64,000 nt of DNA, taken from the human T2T-CHM13v2.0 reference genome, Homo sapiens. Positions within the stretch are counted from its first letter, which is position 1, and the number at the start of each line of letters is the position of its first letter. The notes under the pieces are model-generated. The model made no database searches and was not told the origin of the DNA. It was given only the letters and a program-made list of their open reading frames with translations. Below are positions 1-15,418 of the stretch, piece by piece. The stretch is taken from the NCBI RefSeq assembly GCF_009914755.1, contig NC_060925.1, one strand, 5' to 3'. Made by a program: the position numbers and the translations under genes.

Positions 1-949
1 GGAAGGCAATCTCAAACTCCTGGACAGCACCCATCCAAAGGCACAGTGAGTGCTCAGCACATAGCGGCCCCAGATGGCCCCTCAGATGGCGTCCACAGCC
101 ACCAGGGTCACTGCTCTGATTGCGTGCCTCCAATTCTTGGCCTTCACCCTGCCCCTTGACCCCAAGGTTTCTGGTCTTCCTCCCTGCCAGCACCTTCTTC
201 TTCCCTTGGCTGACCTCTTCTCAACAAAACTCCAAATACTGGTACACTCCAAGTGCAGCTCAGGCTAAACAAAGCCTTTTGCTCTTCTTCAAAGCTCCTG
301 GAGTTCACATCCCTATCCAATCTCCCACCTGTGAGTTCAAGTGCCCTCAAACCCCTCCCATCCCCCAGCCAGTCAAGCCCTGACTTGGAAGTCACCTTTT
401 ATCTAGGTTTTAATTTCAGAGAAACAACGGATAATTCATAATGTAAGTACATCCTAAACACTGCAGCAGACAAAAATACTGCCTATCTGAAATTTCAGTG
501 GGTTCACTGTATTGATAAATCTGGCATCACTACTTGTGTCCCTTCTCTACATTCATGCTCACATCCAGACACATCTAAGATCCCAACCCTCTGGCACTCT
601 CATCTCTTAGCTCAGACAGAGCCCACTCCACCCCGCAGGCCCCTTTCTACCAAACCCTCTCCTGGCACCCATCACCTCACACAGCATGGCCCCATGAGGC
701 ACCAACTCCTCCCCTGCTTCTCTACACTTGCCCTGTACATGACCACCCTGGCCATGGGGCCTTCCACCCCCGCAAGAGCATGCATAGCGCAGCTCACTCA
801 ATCTGGTCCTTCACCTCCCTTCCCTGACCACACCATCTAAAAAGCCTGCCGCCTAACCCTGCTCTTCCCTTGCCCAACCCTTGCCTCATCTTTGCCCCTT
901 TTCTCTTCCTCCAGCAAGGACAGTAGATGTTAACTGTTACATAAACTAC

Positions 950-955
950 TTTATT
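950..955 (-). terminator. SH3BP5L: SH3BP5L polyadenylation signal AATAAA (3'UTR ~930-2383)
   Basis: TTTATT on the + strand, ~1.43 kb downstream of the stop codon. Confidence 0.8.
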
Positions 956-2383
956 TAAATAAAACCAGGAAAGACCCTTTCCCCCTTACACACCAGCACA
1001 TGCACACACGCACACCCACACCCTCCCTCCCTTTCGGCTGTCTGCCCATGGCCACCTCAAACCCCGAGGTTCTCATTGTGACCAACCTCCCTCAACCTGT
1101 AGACCCCCGTGCAGAGTCCAGTTGCCCACGCATCCCGGTTGCTGGCAGAACATGGGCCTAGAAAAGAGCACTCCATCTTCCTGGGGTGGGTCAAAAGGAA
1201 GGACTGGTTCTCCCAAGGCACCCAGATCTGGTGTGGCTTCCCTACAAACTGGGAGCACTGCCAGGCAGCTGGAGCTGCTCCCTGCGGAGGGCAGAACTTT
1301 TCACCCCAAGCCAACCCCTCCCTGTAACAAAGGAAGTAAGAGGGTTGGCAGCCAAGCTTCAGTGTGCCCCGAGGGATCCTGCAGTAGGTATTTTCAGTTT
1401 GGGGAAGAGCAAGGGAGAGCAATTGAGCACCAAATTCCCTAACCCCGTCCTGCAGGAGGGTGCTGAGTCAGTTCAGCATCCTCTACCCAGAAAAAGTAAA
1501 CACAACTGTGCAGCAAGAGTGAGGGTGGGAATGACAGGGGCCTAAGCCTTCAGGACCTCATGACTTCACCCCCAACATGGGCCCTCTTAGGGACCCACTA
1601 GCACCTTGGCAATGTTGAGGACCCAGCCCAGCGGAAACACCATACCCACAGGAGCCAGTCTGGAGTTGGTGATGCTCCCTATGTTGACAGTGGGGTTGGG
1701 TTTCTCTCCCTGACACCAGCTTCCTGCAGGCCCTGTAAGTTCTGCTTTGGGGCACACATCGCAGAGTGCCTCAGGTCATGAAAGGGAATGCTGAAGGGAA
1801 AGGTGGTGTCTTCCGGAGGCACACAGTACATCTTACAGGTTACACACGGGCAGGCTGGAGCAGGACGGGGGGCAGGGCTCAGCAGCATACCTAGGGTACC
1901 CTCCAGAGTTGCCTTGGGAAGGGGGGCGGGGCTGGAAACCAACGGGAGGGGTGACTGTCCATCCCCTCCGACGGGAGTACTCAGGCCCAGCACCCATTTT
2001 CTCTGATGAGCTTCCCAGTGCCTTCTAGACCAAGTTCCCTGAGGGAAAAAGCCAAACAGATGGAAAGAGAGGGAGCAGAAAGGGAAAGCAAAGGGTCAAT
2101 GCCCTGCAGATCGTGATGAGCTGGCAGGCAGAGGCAGACAGAGCGCCGAGGGCGAGCCTTCTGAATGGGTAAGGCAAAGAGAGCCGCCTGCTGAGGGGAA
2201 GGGGGAGGCTGTGAGAACGCCAGGGCAGGCACAGAGGACTCGAACACAGCTGGCCTCTCCCAGGGAAGCACTGGAGAAGGGGACCTTCGGGAAGACGAGG
2301 CCCCAGAGGAGAGGGCGTGAGAAGACTGTGGGCCCCAACCGGCCCGTGGTGGCAGATTCAAGCCAGGAACCCTGGCCCCTCGG

Positions 2384-2854
2384 CTACAGGCTGACGCTGC
2401 GCTGGTGCCGACCCCCACGGGCTCCGCCGTCGCTGCCCCGGCGCCCTCCACTCCGCGTTCCCAGCTCTTGGCCGTCCAGACTGACGTGGTCCGAGAGGCC
2501 TCGCAAGTGCTCCACGGAGTCGCACTTCTGCAGGTCTGAAGCCACCGTGCGCAGGCTCAGCAGACTCAGGGTATCGGTGTCGGGGGCGGGGCCGGGCCCC
2601 AGGCTGCTGCCCTCCTCCAGCCCCGCACCCTCGGCCCCCTCAATCCCGCTGTCTCCGTCCTCCATGTCCTCGGGTCCTGCCTCGGCCCCCACGGGGGAGG
2701 AGCGCCGAGGGCCCAGGGGGTGGGGAGGCAGACCCCCGCGGCGCCGTGCGTGAATCTGCTCGCTGATCTGCTCCAGGTTACGAAGGGCCACGGAGTAGCG
2801 CGTCTTGGCCTGAGCTACCTGCTGCTCCAGTTCTGTCACCTTGGCCTTGTGCTC
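2384..2854 (-). CDS. SH3BP5L: SH3BP5L last coding exon (EHKAKVTELEQ...HQRSVSL*); SH3 domain-binding protein 5-like, Rab11 GEF family
   Basis: ctgcag| acceptor at 2856-2855, TAG at 2386-2384. Contains the YSVALRNLEQISEQIH motif of the Sab family. Confidence 0.95.
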   Translation of the reverse strand, partial: EHKAKVTELEQQVAQAKTRYSVALRNLEQISEQIHARRRGGLPPHPLGPRRSSPVGAEAGPEDMEDGDSGIEGAEGAGLEEGSSLGPGPAPDTDTLSLLSLRTVASDLQKCDSVEHLRGLSDHVSLDGQELGTRSGGRRGSDGGARGGRHQRSVSL

Positions 2855-3472
2855 CTGCAGAGGGCAGAGCAGAGCAAGGCGACCCATGGGGCACGTCTCC
2901 ACCTTCCTCAGCACTCTGCACTGAGGTCTGAGGGCCTGCTCTCCCAGAATACCTGGACAGCTGGCTCAGCATCCACCACAGACCCACAACAGCCTTCCCT
3001 GCTCCACTCTCAGCACCCACCACAGACCCACAACACCCTTCCCTGCTCCACTTGCTCTGCGTTGTTCCTCCCCAGCAATCCTGCTCCTGACCTGAGCCCC
3101 ACCTTCCAGAGCCTTCCTCTCAGGCCTTCCTCTCCACCAGCTCCTGCTTCCTCATCCTCTCCCCACTGTTCCCTTTCACCCAATGGCTGGTTCTTCTTCC
3201 CCATCCCAGATTTCCACCAGTTCTTTTCCTCTTGTTTACCTCCCTTCTTCCAACTACGTTCTCGCCGTCACCAGCCCCCATCACCAGCCCCCATCCCTGC
3301 CTCTCACTCCTGCAAGGTCATTTGGAACATGTGTGCCACCACCCTTCCCCACCGCTAGCCGGAGGCCTCACCCTGGCCACCTCACCAAGATGGCCCAGAG
3401 AGGCCGACCAGCATCCCCTCCAGCCTGCACCCCCACCTACCCATTCCTCCTCCCCCTCACCCACTCAGCTAC

Positions 3473-3646
3473 CTCCAGGATCTGGCTGAACTGGGCCTTG
3501 AGCTCAAAGTAGGGGCGGCTCTTGCCGATGGCCCTCCGGAGGGTCTTCTGCAGGGCTTGGACCCGAGCCTCAGCCTGTTGGCACAGCCGAGTCACTCGCT
3601 GGTGCTCCCGCTCACCTCGAAGCCGCTCTTCCTCCGCCTCATTCAC
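3473..3646 (-). CDS. SH3BP5L: SH3BP5L coding exon (VNEAEEERLR...SRPYFELKAQFSQILE)
   Basis: ggccag| acceptor, GAG|GTAGCT donor. 174 nt. Confidence 0.95.
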
Positions 3647-4932
3647 CTGGCCCAGAGGACACATCACTGAGCCAGGACCCATGCTTCAGTCTCTGGCATC
3701 TGCCCCAGGCTGCCAATCTGAACAACGCCCTGGGGGGAACCCAAACAGGAACATCCTCTGCAAACCCCCAACTGTGTACAGAGCCCGAGACACGCAGGGG
3801 AACACGGGGTCTATGAGCCTCAAGACAGCTTATTTCTGTCTCTCTTGGATCTGCTGCCTGACCGTCGAGGACCACATCACAGGCACATGCCTCTGAGCCA
3901 CGTCTTCCCCATGTTCTTGCCTAGTGTCACCTGCACCACTGGCTACTCAGCTTTGCTGCTGCCAGGAAAGGGATGCTGGTGCCCACTCAACCACTTGAGA
4001 GCATCAGGGGAATGTCTGTCAGCACATCACACATCTGCAGCAGCCATTCTCTTCAGGGAGCCCTCAGCGCCAATGGTTAGGGATCTGGGAGTGAGAAGAG
4101 CCTGTGTGGGGAGCCACAGCTGTGCGCTGGGTTCTCCAGGTTTCCACACCCTATGTGGGCACCGTCCAGGACAAGTGGGCCGAGGTTGGATGGGGCTCTG
4201 GCGTGCTTCTGCTCAGGGTGTTGTACAGTTGGCCCACTTGTCCTGGTAGACAAAGCGGCTGGAGCCCTCACCTGCTCCCTGTTCAGGTGTAGCTCTACAC
4301 TATACACCATCCCCTAACCCCTCCCCCCGTGCTGTGTGCTCTCATTTGCATGAGCTCTAGAGTAGAAGTGAGGTGCCTGTTCTGTGTGAGGGGCAGATGA
4401 AGAATCACAAGCCACAAACACCCCCTCGAGTTGCTGACACCTGCCCTGTGCAAGCTGAAGGTGGCAGACAGGGCCAACGGCAGAGATCCTTCCGCTCCCC
4501 AGTCCCCTTTCAGGAGCTTGGAAATGATACATAAATTATACTTCAAAACTCGAGGTGTACTGTCAGAGCTCAAAAGCAGGAAAGGGAGCAGACTCTGAAA
4601 ACAGAAGCGAGGAGTCACACAGCTAAACATAATAAAATGTGAATGTTGAATCCTCAGTATCCACCAGGGATGAATTGTTTGGGTTAGTCCCACACCTGGA
4701 GGCAAACGTTCAAGAAGAGCCCGGGATGACATTCTAAGTCAGAGGGAAATGGAATATGGGAAGCAATGGAGGCCAAACAGAACAGAAAACTAGGAACAGG
4801 TTTTGCCTGAAACAGAATCAAAGTTGAAAGAAGGCTAGAATAGAGGGAAGAATGAGGAGGTGAGGTGATAAAGACATAGCAAAGGATGGACGAGAACCAG
4901 CGAAGGGGACCTGCTGGCACCGCCCGGCTCAC

Positions 4933-5094
4933 CTTGCAGGTAGCATGGTTCAGCATCTCCTGCCACGTGGGGTCCAGTCGGTTCTTGTCAGCCATGACGC
5001 CCTGCTCAGCCACAAACACCATTTCTCGAGCAGCGTTGTGCATGCTTACGGCCCGCTCGTACCGCAGCGCTGCCTTCTGTGTCTCCTGCTGAGC
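4933..5094 (-). CDS. SH3BP5L: SH3BP5L coding exon (AQQETQKAAL...WQEMLNHATCK)
   Basis: ccccag| acceptor, AAG|GTGAGC donor. 162 nt. Contains the Sab-family motif WQEMLNHAT. Confidence 0.95.
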
Positions 5095-5600
5095 CTGGGG
5101 GGAGAGGGATATCAGGATGGGGAACCCTGAGGGACCCCAGCTGCCCATGGAGACCCATAATAGACGTGAGGATAAGAGAAGGAGGAAGGCCTACTAGCAA
5201 TGTCGGCTTCATTTCCCAAACTGTGCTGAGGATAAATGCCAAGGAAGCAACATTCTATAAAGAATATTTCATAAGGATATGGACTAGAAGAAATAAAAAT
5301 TTTGCCAGTGGAGGGTAGATGTGTGAAATCCAGCACTCCCAAAGGCTGCTAGCCTTTTCCCCTAGGGAAAACAAAGGAAAACACAAACCATTTTAGTGTA
5401 AGGTGGTTAGCAACATAGACAGAGTCTTACAGAAAAGATGACCTTGAGACCATCAATTCCATGTTCAGCAGGCAAGCTGAAGGAAGTAATCAGACAAGTG
5501 CTCAGGGACAGTCATCATAGCCATACCAACCAAGCAAAAAACAAAACAAACCTAACTTTTCAGTTATAGGACATCGGTTAAATAAATAATAGTACATCTA

Positions 5601-5780
<180 letters not shown>

Positions 5781-5935
5781 TCAGTCCTTTAAAATGACGG
5801 CTTGGATGTATAGTTATTGACATGGAACCATGTCATAATGCTAATAAAAGAACAAAATAGCACATACTGTGTAATCCCATTTTGGCTGGATATACAAGGA
5901 CACGAAATATGATTAATACAGCACACATGGTTATC

Positions 5936-6490
5936 TGTGCTGTATTAATCATATTTTTATTTTCTATACTTTATGATGCTTTCATGTCTTGGGGGACCTT
6001 GCTGGCCAAGGACAAACTGCCCCTTCCAGGGCTAATTCCTAGAAACAGTAAACTCCCCTGTAAGTGTGCCTTTCATATGCAAACCAACCACCTAATCCAA
6101 AGCCTGGATCCCCAGCTAACTCCTTTACCTACTTCTCCCCGACCAAGCCGATATTTCCTCTGCCCTAAGTCATCCCAGGGCCAGGTACTAGACAATTAGA
6201 GGCCGCCCCTATAGCCCAGGGCCTAGCAAAGTTATTCCAACTATCCACTCCTAAACTTATCCAAACTTGCCTACCCTGCCTCACCTACTCCTTTCCACGA
6301 AAACCACACTAAGGCGCTGCGCTTTGCTTTCTCCTTCACTTCTGCCTCCTGAAGGACCCTGGCTGCTTCCCCGTGTGGCCCTGCATGGCATGGATGTCCC
6401 CTCCTCTCGGGAACAAACTCTTCTTCCAAGGCAGTTGTCTGTATCTGTCACCTCACCATACAGGATGACAACAAATCCCAGGAAACAAAA
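5936..6490 (+). mobile_element. Solo LTR (MER74-like)
   Basis: TG start; GCCCCTTCCAGGGCTAATTCCTAGA and TTTCATATGCAAACCAACC blocks resemble a recalled ERVL LTR consensus. Family name uncertain. Confidence 0.5.
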
Positions 6491-7017
6491 TGCATGAAAC
6501 GTGCATGGTAGGATTTTGGGTGATTTTTGTTTCCTTCTTGTTTTATTATGTTTTTCCAATGGTGAACACATATTATTTGTTAAAAGTAATTTGTTACAGA
6601 AAAAAGGGGTGTGGGATGGGGAAAAGAGTGAGGAGTAAGCAAAGAAAAGATTCAGAAGAGAGACATGAACCAAAGGGAAGAGGAAATGGGCGCAGATGAA
6701 AACAACAGGATGTTAGAACTGACATATCTGATATACCCTAAAGCCTGATTCCTGATACACAGAAGGCACTTAAACATTAGCAGGGCTGAACTAAATATTC
6801 TCCCACAGCCACCCTCACCATTTTATAGACCATAAGCCCAGAGCCCACGTGGTAAAGGAACCTCCTGAGCCCACAGAGCTGGTTCCGACCAGCCAGGTCT
6901 AGCCCAGGGCTCTGCCCTCAGGGTCTGGTGTTTTGTCTCTCACTCCATATAGAGACAGAAGAATCCAGGGCCAGGCTCAGCACGTAGCCTTCCTCAAACG
7001 TGGTCAGCCAGCCATAC

Positions 7018-7146
7018 CTCCTTAGCCAGCCGCCGAGCCTCATAGTAGGGCCGGGCTTTCTCGATGCAGCTCCCCAAGTGGGAACCCTGTGTATTCAGTT
7101 TCCTCGCCGACTCCTGTAGGATCCTCCGATAGGTGGTCCTGGCCTC
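7018..7146 (-). CDS. SH3BP5L: SH3BP5L coding exon (EARTTYRRIL...ARRLAKE)
   Basis: ttccag| acceptor, GAG|GTATGG donor. 129 nt. Contains the Sab-family motif IEKARPYYE. Confidence 0.95.
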
Positions 7147-7305
7147 CTGGAAAGGAACAAGGCAGAGGAAAGGCACATGTTTGGGTCCCACCCCCTCTTG
7201 TTTCTCAGACACACCCCTCCCACCGCCACTGCCTCAATCTGGGAAAGAGACAGATGGAGATACTTCCAAGGACCAGCCCAAGCACATAAGGAAAAGGACA
7301 CTCAC

Positions 7306-7368
7306 ATCCAGCTGTAGTTCCACCTGGTTGATCTCCTCGCTGGCCTGGTTCAGGTGCTCCAACTCCTC
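7306..7368 (-). CDS. SH3BP5L: SH3BP5L coding exon (EELEHLNQASEEINQVELQLD)
   Basis: AG acceptor at 7370-7369, GAT|GTGAGT donor. 63 nt, phase 0/0. SH3BP5/Sab coiled-coil sequence. Confidence 0.95.
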
Positions 7369-8054
7369 CTGCCACAGAGAGGGGTGGCAAATTAGTGCAG
7401 TGGAAGGAAGTAGCCTTGAATGAACCATGCAAGGCAGGAGCAACACAGAGAGAGAGAGCCCCACTTGCCCAGGGAAATGAGGTGAGACACTCAGGAAAGG
7501 AAAGAAGATACGGAGATTGCCAAAAGCTTTCTTGTCTATCAGGGACCTGATACATACAATCTCACGTAATCCTCACAACTCTACCTTGTATTGGGTAGTA
7601 AAACCCCAGTTTCAAGGATGAAGAAATTGAGGTTTGGAGAATGCAACACTAATATGCACAACGTGAAGTTGTGGTGAGCCCTCACTCTCTCCGTGAGATT
7701 GCAACACTTCCTCAAACTGAGGGAGTCTCCTTGGACCTGAAGGCTCGCTCTCTGCGAGAGGATGGCCACCTGGGCCAGGGCAGGGCCACTCAGTCAGCAC
7801 ATGTTTACTGCACACTTATCACCTCTCAGGACCGTGAGACCTGAGAATTCAGGACATAGAGGTGGCAGCCTGTAAGGAAACCCAGCAAGTCAGCAGCAGG
7901 TCCTGGGCAGTATGTGCAGCCTTGTGAGGGGTGGGTGTGGGTGCTCTCTGGGTAGCAAGGTCACCTAATTGGGCAGCAGAAGGTCAGGGTAGGATGCCTG
8001 GAACACTTGCTCAGCAGCTGGAAGGACTTCATAGACACAAAAGTGCCAGTGAAT

Positions 8055-8858
<804 letters not shown>

Positions 8859-9780
8859 GGTGGAGGCTGTCTATAGTATTCCAGGTGGCAGAGGAGAGGG
8901 CAGATCCCAAGGCAACGCAGGACACAGAATCACAGGGGCTTGGTGGATGACTAAGGTCAAGATCAGGAAAGTGTATAGAGTCCAAGAAGCCTTTTGGCCT
9001 GCTTGGGCAATGGGTGACCATGACCGCAGGTCCCTATAGAGCAGATCCTGTGGGAGGGAGGGAGAGTCCTGGGGAAAAGTTGCTGGACAAGCTGGTTTGA
9101 GTGCCTTCCTGGCCCCTGGAAGGACTGGAGAGAGAAGCAATAGAACCATCCAGGGCTTTCCATGAAATGGAAGAGAGCTGAGAGGGGTACTGGCCTCAAG
9201 TCATCCTCCCTTGCCCGAGAAAACACAAAAGTTCCCAGAGCCCCTGGTGAGCTAAGGACACTACTGAGGAGCAGTGCTGGTCTGTGCCAAGGGCCTTGTG
9301 CCAGGAAATACCTGGTGCCTAGCTATAGGATTTGCCTTCACCAGCCCCTGCTGTCTCTGGACAGGAGGCTGGACAGGCCAGAGAGACCCAGCCCAGCATG
9401 TGCCTGCTGCCCAGACCCATGACTTGCACTTGGCAGTGACACCACAATCACTTCCCACTCATATGGCCGTGATGTTGGCCCCCACTCACCTCATTCGGGC
9501 CTTTCAGCAACCCAGTGAGGGAGTCAGGCTGACATGCACAATCTTCCTTTTAGTCCCTTCTACCTCTTCTATCCTCCCCCCATCCCCTGCCTTGATCCTG
9601 AAAAGATCTGGGTCAGCAGGTAAGAATACAGGAAATGGTTTGACATGTTAATTACAGTAACAGGAAGAACACAAAGGTAGAAACCTGTAATGGAACGAGG
9701 AATGAGGATATGAAAATGCACACACCTACCTACAACAGTGTAGACCCTGCCTAAGGAGGGCCACAAATCTGGCTCTAAAC

Positions 9781-10325
<545 letters not shown>

Positions 10326-10349
10326 CTAAATTTTCTCGAAGAGACTTAT

Positions 10350-10615
10350 TCAACAGAAACGTAACAGGAGCTGCACATGGAATTTTTAATTCTAGAAGCC
10401 ACATTTTTTAAAAGTAAAAAAATTTAAAAAAAGAGTGAAATTATAAAAATACATTTAACCCAATATATACAAAATATATTTCAACATGTGATCAACATAA
10501 AATAATATTATTATCCATACTTTTACTTTTTTAAACTAAGTCTTCACAATCCGTATGCACTTGACTCTTGTGACACATCTCAACCTAGACAGTGGCATGT
10601 GGCTCCTGTGTTGGG
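10350..10615. mobile_element. MER3-like hAT MITE
   Basis: AGCCACATT...AACCCAATATAT...TTTCAACATGT...ACTAAGTCTT blocks; a similar copy lies at ~34090-34385. Confidence 0.6.
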
Positions 10616-13147
10616 TGGCGAAGGTCTAGAAGTTGTTGTATTTGGGTAGATGCATCTACAGTGTCCCACAACCCAGTGTCCATAAAATAACAACCATTCT
10701 GGAAGAACAGGCAGCCAACACAGCTCAGGGCCCCAGAGGAGGCATAGGGTCAGCATCAACACTACCAGACACATGGAACTCCAAGTTTCACAGTGCCTTC
10801 CGAACAGAGACATCACCAGCAACTGACACGATCACCCCAACAGGCCCTAAAAAGGCAATGTCTGTCAAGCTGAAAGGCAACCTACCTCCCTGGGGGCCCA
10901 GCTTCCTGGGGCTTGACGAGGCCTACAGGGGCTTTTAGGCTATCTGGGAGACGAGTGACCAGTTCTTTCAGCACCTCCTGCTGGAATATTCTTTCTCAGC
11001 AACTTTGCATTTGATAGATGAGAAACAACCAGGCGGAAAATTAGTGACAGACTTGGGTCTGGATCCAGGACCGACCTTTGATCTCACTTTCCTTCCACTG
11101 TGACCACCCTCCTGGGAATGAGGACACCACTGGAAGGACATCTCAGTAAAGAAAGAAGTGCTGTAATCTAGGAAAACCACAGCCCACGTAGGAAAAGGAC
11201 AGGGATTGGAAATGCAACAAACATTGATTGTGGGGGGTCAGTTGGTAAAGGCCACCCTGCAATGTTCATGTGGCAAATCAAAGTCCAAGACGGGATCCCC
11301 ACTGGATTCCATGGCCTCAAATGCTTCCAGTCATCAACTTCCAGCTCCTGACAAGATCATCAATGGATTGGATGGCTCAGCATAAGTTGTTACTACTGTT
11401 AAAAGGACAAGAAGAGCTGTTGCTATTGGCAAGTGGCAGGAGTGGGCATTATCTTTCTATATGGGAACTAGCTTCCCAGTGGCACCTCCAGCAATTTACA
11501 GAAAGCCATCTGCTGATGGGATCTGTCCCCTCAGAGTCACAAAGCTCTCCCTAACAGGACAAGAAGATGCCTGGGGAGCAAAGCAGCCTGGAGGGCAAGG
11601 TCACCACAGGAGGGAGGGGGATAGCCCACCTAGGCGACACCCAGGGAAAGGCTGAGCAGGAATCCACTGAGGACCTGGGACAGTTTTGGGCAGTCAGCAA
11701 CACATTCCATTTGGCCTGCTTCACCAGGGACTCCTGGCACTCAGCTGAAACGGAATTTGGGGAGGACAAAGTCTGAATCAACGTGCATCATCCATCAGTG
11801 AGCCAGCAGCCAGCAGGGAGGGTGACCTTCCCAGGGCACAGCAGTCAGATTCCCAGGATGCCAGGACACTGAATCAAAGGCATGGGGACTCAGGCTGCAG
11901 ATGCTCCCACCCCACCTAGTGCAGACCATCAAAAGACTCAAACTAATGGTAACTGGGGCCAGGGTGATGACTGTCCTGTGAAAGCTAAACCCATACTTCT
12001 AGATGAGGTCACAGAGGTTGCAAAGTCACCCTAGAGAGTTTGGAAAGGAGCAGGTAAACGAGAGCACTCACATCTGAGGAAAGAATGCAACCACTAAGAG
12101 GGGGCTGAGAAAGTCACAGAACAGACCCAGGTCCATCCTAGATCCACGCTCCTTTCCTCTTCCCTCCACTGGAACCCTCTCGGAAAGCTGAGGATGAGCC
12201 TGGAGGACTCAAAAGAACTCCACTAAGATCATGACAAGGAGACACAGCCAGCAGCCTTCCCTGGAGGGACAGCACGCTCCAGGTAGGCACCAGCTGACTT
12301 CCTTCTAACTTCCAGAGGAATCCCACCATAAATGGCCATGGAGCTGCCTGCCTGCAAAGGAGCCCCAGCCCCAGGTCAGACAGGGCCTCATCCGAAGGAC
12401 AGCCATTTCCGGGAGCCTCAGAAAATACCGAAACAGGCGCTCTACCTTTGGGATATACCTGGCCCAGTGGATTTGGCTCTGACTGTAACATCAGAATCCC
12501 TTCTCACCCCACCCAGACTAAGAGAATCCACATGTCTGGAAAGGCTCAGGTAAGGGTATTTTTGAAGCTCCCTGGTGGCTTTTTATGGACGGTGGATGGA
12601 AACCCAGTAAATGCACTGAGAATCCAGAGAAATGAACACCCACCTAAAGCACTGAAACACATGATCAGAGCAATGTGCATGGTCTAGTGAACTGTCAACA
12701 CTCAAAGGGACCTCGAAAGACAAACACCCCAATCTCCTCCTCATCTTGAAAGCCCAAGCACAGAAGGGCAAAATGCCACCGGCCTCCTCCGTGAAGGGTG
12801 CCCCTCAAGCCAGGCTGCCTCTCTCACACAGCAAGAAGACACTGACTCCCTGCTGAGGTCAGAGCACTGGCGTACCCACACCTGTGTCATCAAATGAGGG
12901 AAGCTATTACTAGACCTTTCCTCCCTATACAACCCACAACATTCCACAACGTGTTGTGCAGTTTAGCAAGAGAGACGAGGGTCTGCTTTACCTTTCCTGC
13001 ACCAGCGACATCACAAGTTCACTGGAGGCAAAGTAAGTCTTACGCTACCTCAGTGTACTCCAACTCTCATAGAGCTCATCTGATAGAAGAGTCAGTGATG
13101 ACAGAATATTCTATTTATGCACTGTCAGTATAACATTGAGGAACTGC

Positions 13148-13468
<321 letters not shown>

Positions 13469-15235
13469 TAATTTTAATTGATTGTGTTTAAATAGCCACA
13501 TGCAGCTAGTCCACCCTATTAGACAGCACAATGCAAGCATGACTCTTCCTACTACTACCATGTGCCTATGCAGACACTGGAAAAATACATAGGAGTAGTA
13601 GAGGCCAAGTAAAGAGACCACAGTGGATTCTCCTCTGCAGAAGCCTTCTCTGGAGCAGGGCAAGGAAGGCTGTAGGGAGGCATATAATGCACATTACACA
13701 GCCCTCCTCCACAAGCAACAGAGAGACAGCTCTTTCCCAAAGTGCTATCTACAAACTATCACCAAGGAACAAGCAAAAAGAGTTTGAGAAAGAACTGTAG
13801 ACTTGTGTCAGAGCAGAGCAAGAATGAGTTGTGCAAATCAGCTAGACCAACTGCTCACTTTACAGATGAAGAAACTGAGGCTCAGAAACGTAAAGAAACT
13901 TCCATAAAAATCATAAATCATGGGGTTGGAGGTAGCGTGAAACTCAGCCCAAGACTTTTTTCACTACAACTGATTTCCTCAGAGGATGATAAATCTGTAG
14001 AAATAGCAAGAAAAATTGGCTGTTTTCAATGCAATGTCAGGCAGAGCAGAAATAAATTACTGACTCATGCCAGAAACAAATGGCTCACCACTGCTCCATT
14101 ATAAGCATGGACACAGTAGAAGAGGAACCCACACACACACACATATCCCAGGAACCCACACAGAGAGTGAAGGAAGAATGCCAGGACTGGCTTTGATTTC
14201 TTCCCAACTCACTGGAGTAATCCAATAAAGGTTTGCTGACAGATAAGCCTAGGAATTTGAGCCTTCATATGTTCTTGCTCACCTACAGAAGAGTCACTTC
14301 CACAACATCAGAGTCTTGGAGATGTGACCGGAACAAATGGCAGACTCAAGCCCCAAACATGCAGGAGCATCCTGGTCGTCACCTGCCCAAGAAGCTTCCT
14401 CAGGAAGTCATTCTCAGCCAATTCCCTGAAACACTGCAACCCAGCTTTGATTGGCCAGGCATCTCTTCCACATGGAGTTGGTCTTCCTCACTGACTACCC
14501 CCAGGTCTCCTACACAAAGATCTGCCTGTCCTACCAACTAGATTGTAGACACTCCAAGGCAATAAACTGCTCTTCCATTCCTTTAGGAGACCCACTATCC
14601 TGAGGGCCAGGTATGTATGTTACTAAGGATTGGCCACAACAAAAGTTACAAATCCTTGAACATATGGGGTTTCTTTATAGATCTAAAGTTGATGCTACCT
14701 TTATAACACTGGAAAGGTCTCACTGTTTACAAGGGTGAAACACATTATCAGAGCAATGTGGGCCGCACATCCCTGGAAGGTACCGCTGAGAAGGTGAGAA
14801 AGGGGAAAAGATTCTCTCACTCAGCCTCAAAACTGTCCCCCAGTATCAAAGTCATCTCCTCTCACACAGCATCCCTAACTAAGGTGGCAGCCCCTCTGCT
14901 TATCTGGAAAGAAGTACAACACACCTACCCTCCACTGACCTAAAGTGTGCCTCCTCCATCTACTGCCAAGTGACACTTTGCTCCTTCAGTGAAGCTTTCA
15001 GCAATGCCTCCCAAGCACTAAGGCCAGGCCTTTCTCTGCACTCCATCAGCACTTCAGACACACAACTCTTTTGGAACTTGTTACATTACCCTGCAATGAT
15101 TTGTTGACAAACTTGTTCTCCTTTCCTGCCCCAGCAGACTGGGGACAGAGTAAGTCTAAGCCCTCATTCATCCAACACTCTTCAGGGAGGCTGGAATCTG
15201 GGCTCTCCTTCTCTCCCTGCTCTCAGTGCTCTCAC

Positions 15236-15418
15236 CTGTATTCTAGGATCCAGTTCTTCCTCCTCTCTTGGGGACAATTTGGCCTCACTGCTGCTGCTTC
15301 CACCTCCTCCAGGCTCTTCTGCGACTGGGCTCCTAGGGACTTCATCCTCTACAACTTCAGGCCGCAGCTCCCCCTGTGGGGTCTCCCGCCCTCCTGGAAC
15401 CTGTCTGAGCTCAGCCAT
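15236..15418 (-). CDS. SH3BP5L: SH3BP5L first coding exon (aa 1-61, MAELRQVPGG...LDPRIQ); full exon 15236-15849 includes 431 nt of 5'UTR
   Basis: ATG at 15418-15416, donor CAG|GTGAGA at 15236/15235, upstream acceptor ttctctgcag| at 15850. The six exons sum to 393 codons plus stop. Confidence 0.95.

Noticed and set aside
1981-3358. 150-212-aa Pro/Ser-rich ORFs around the last SH3BP5L exon
   Set aside because: They are low-complexity frames in GC-rich exon, UTR or intron sequence with no domain signature.
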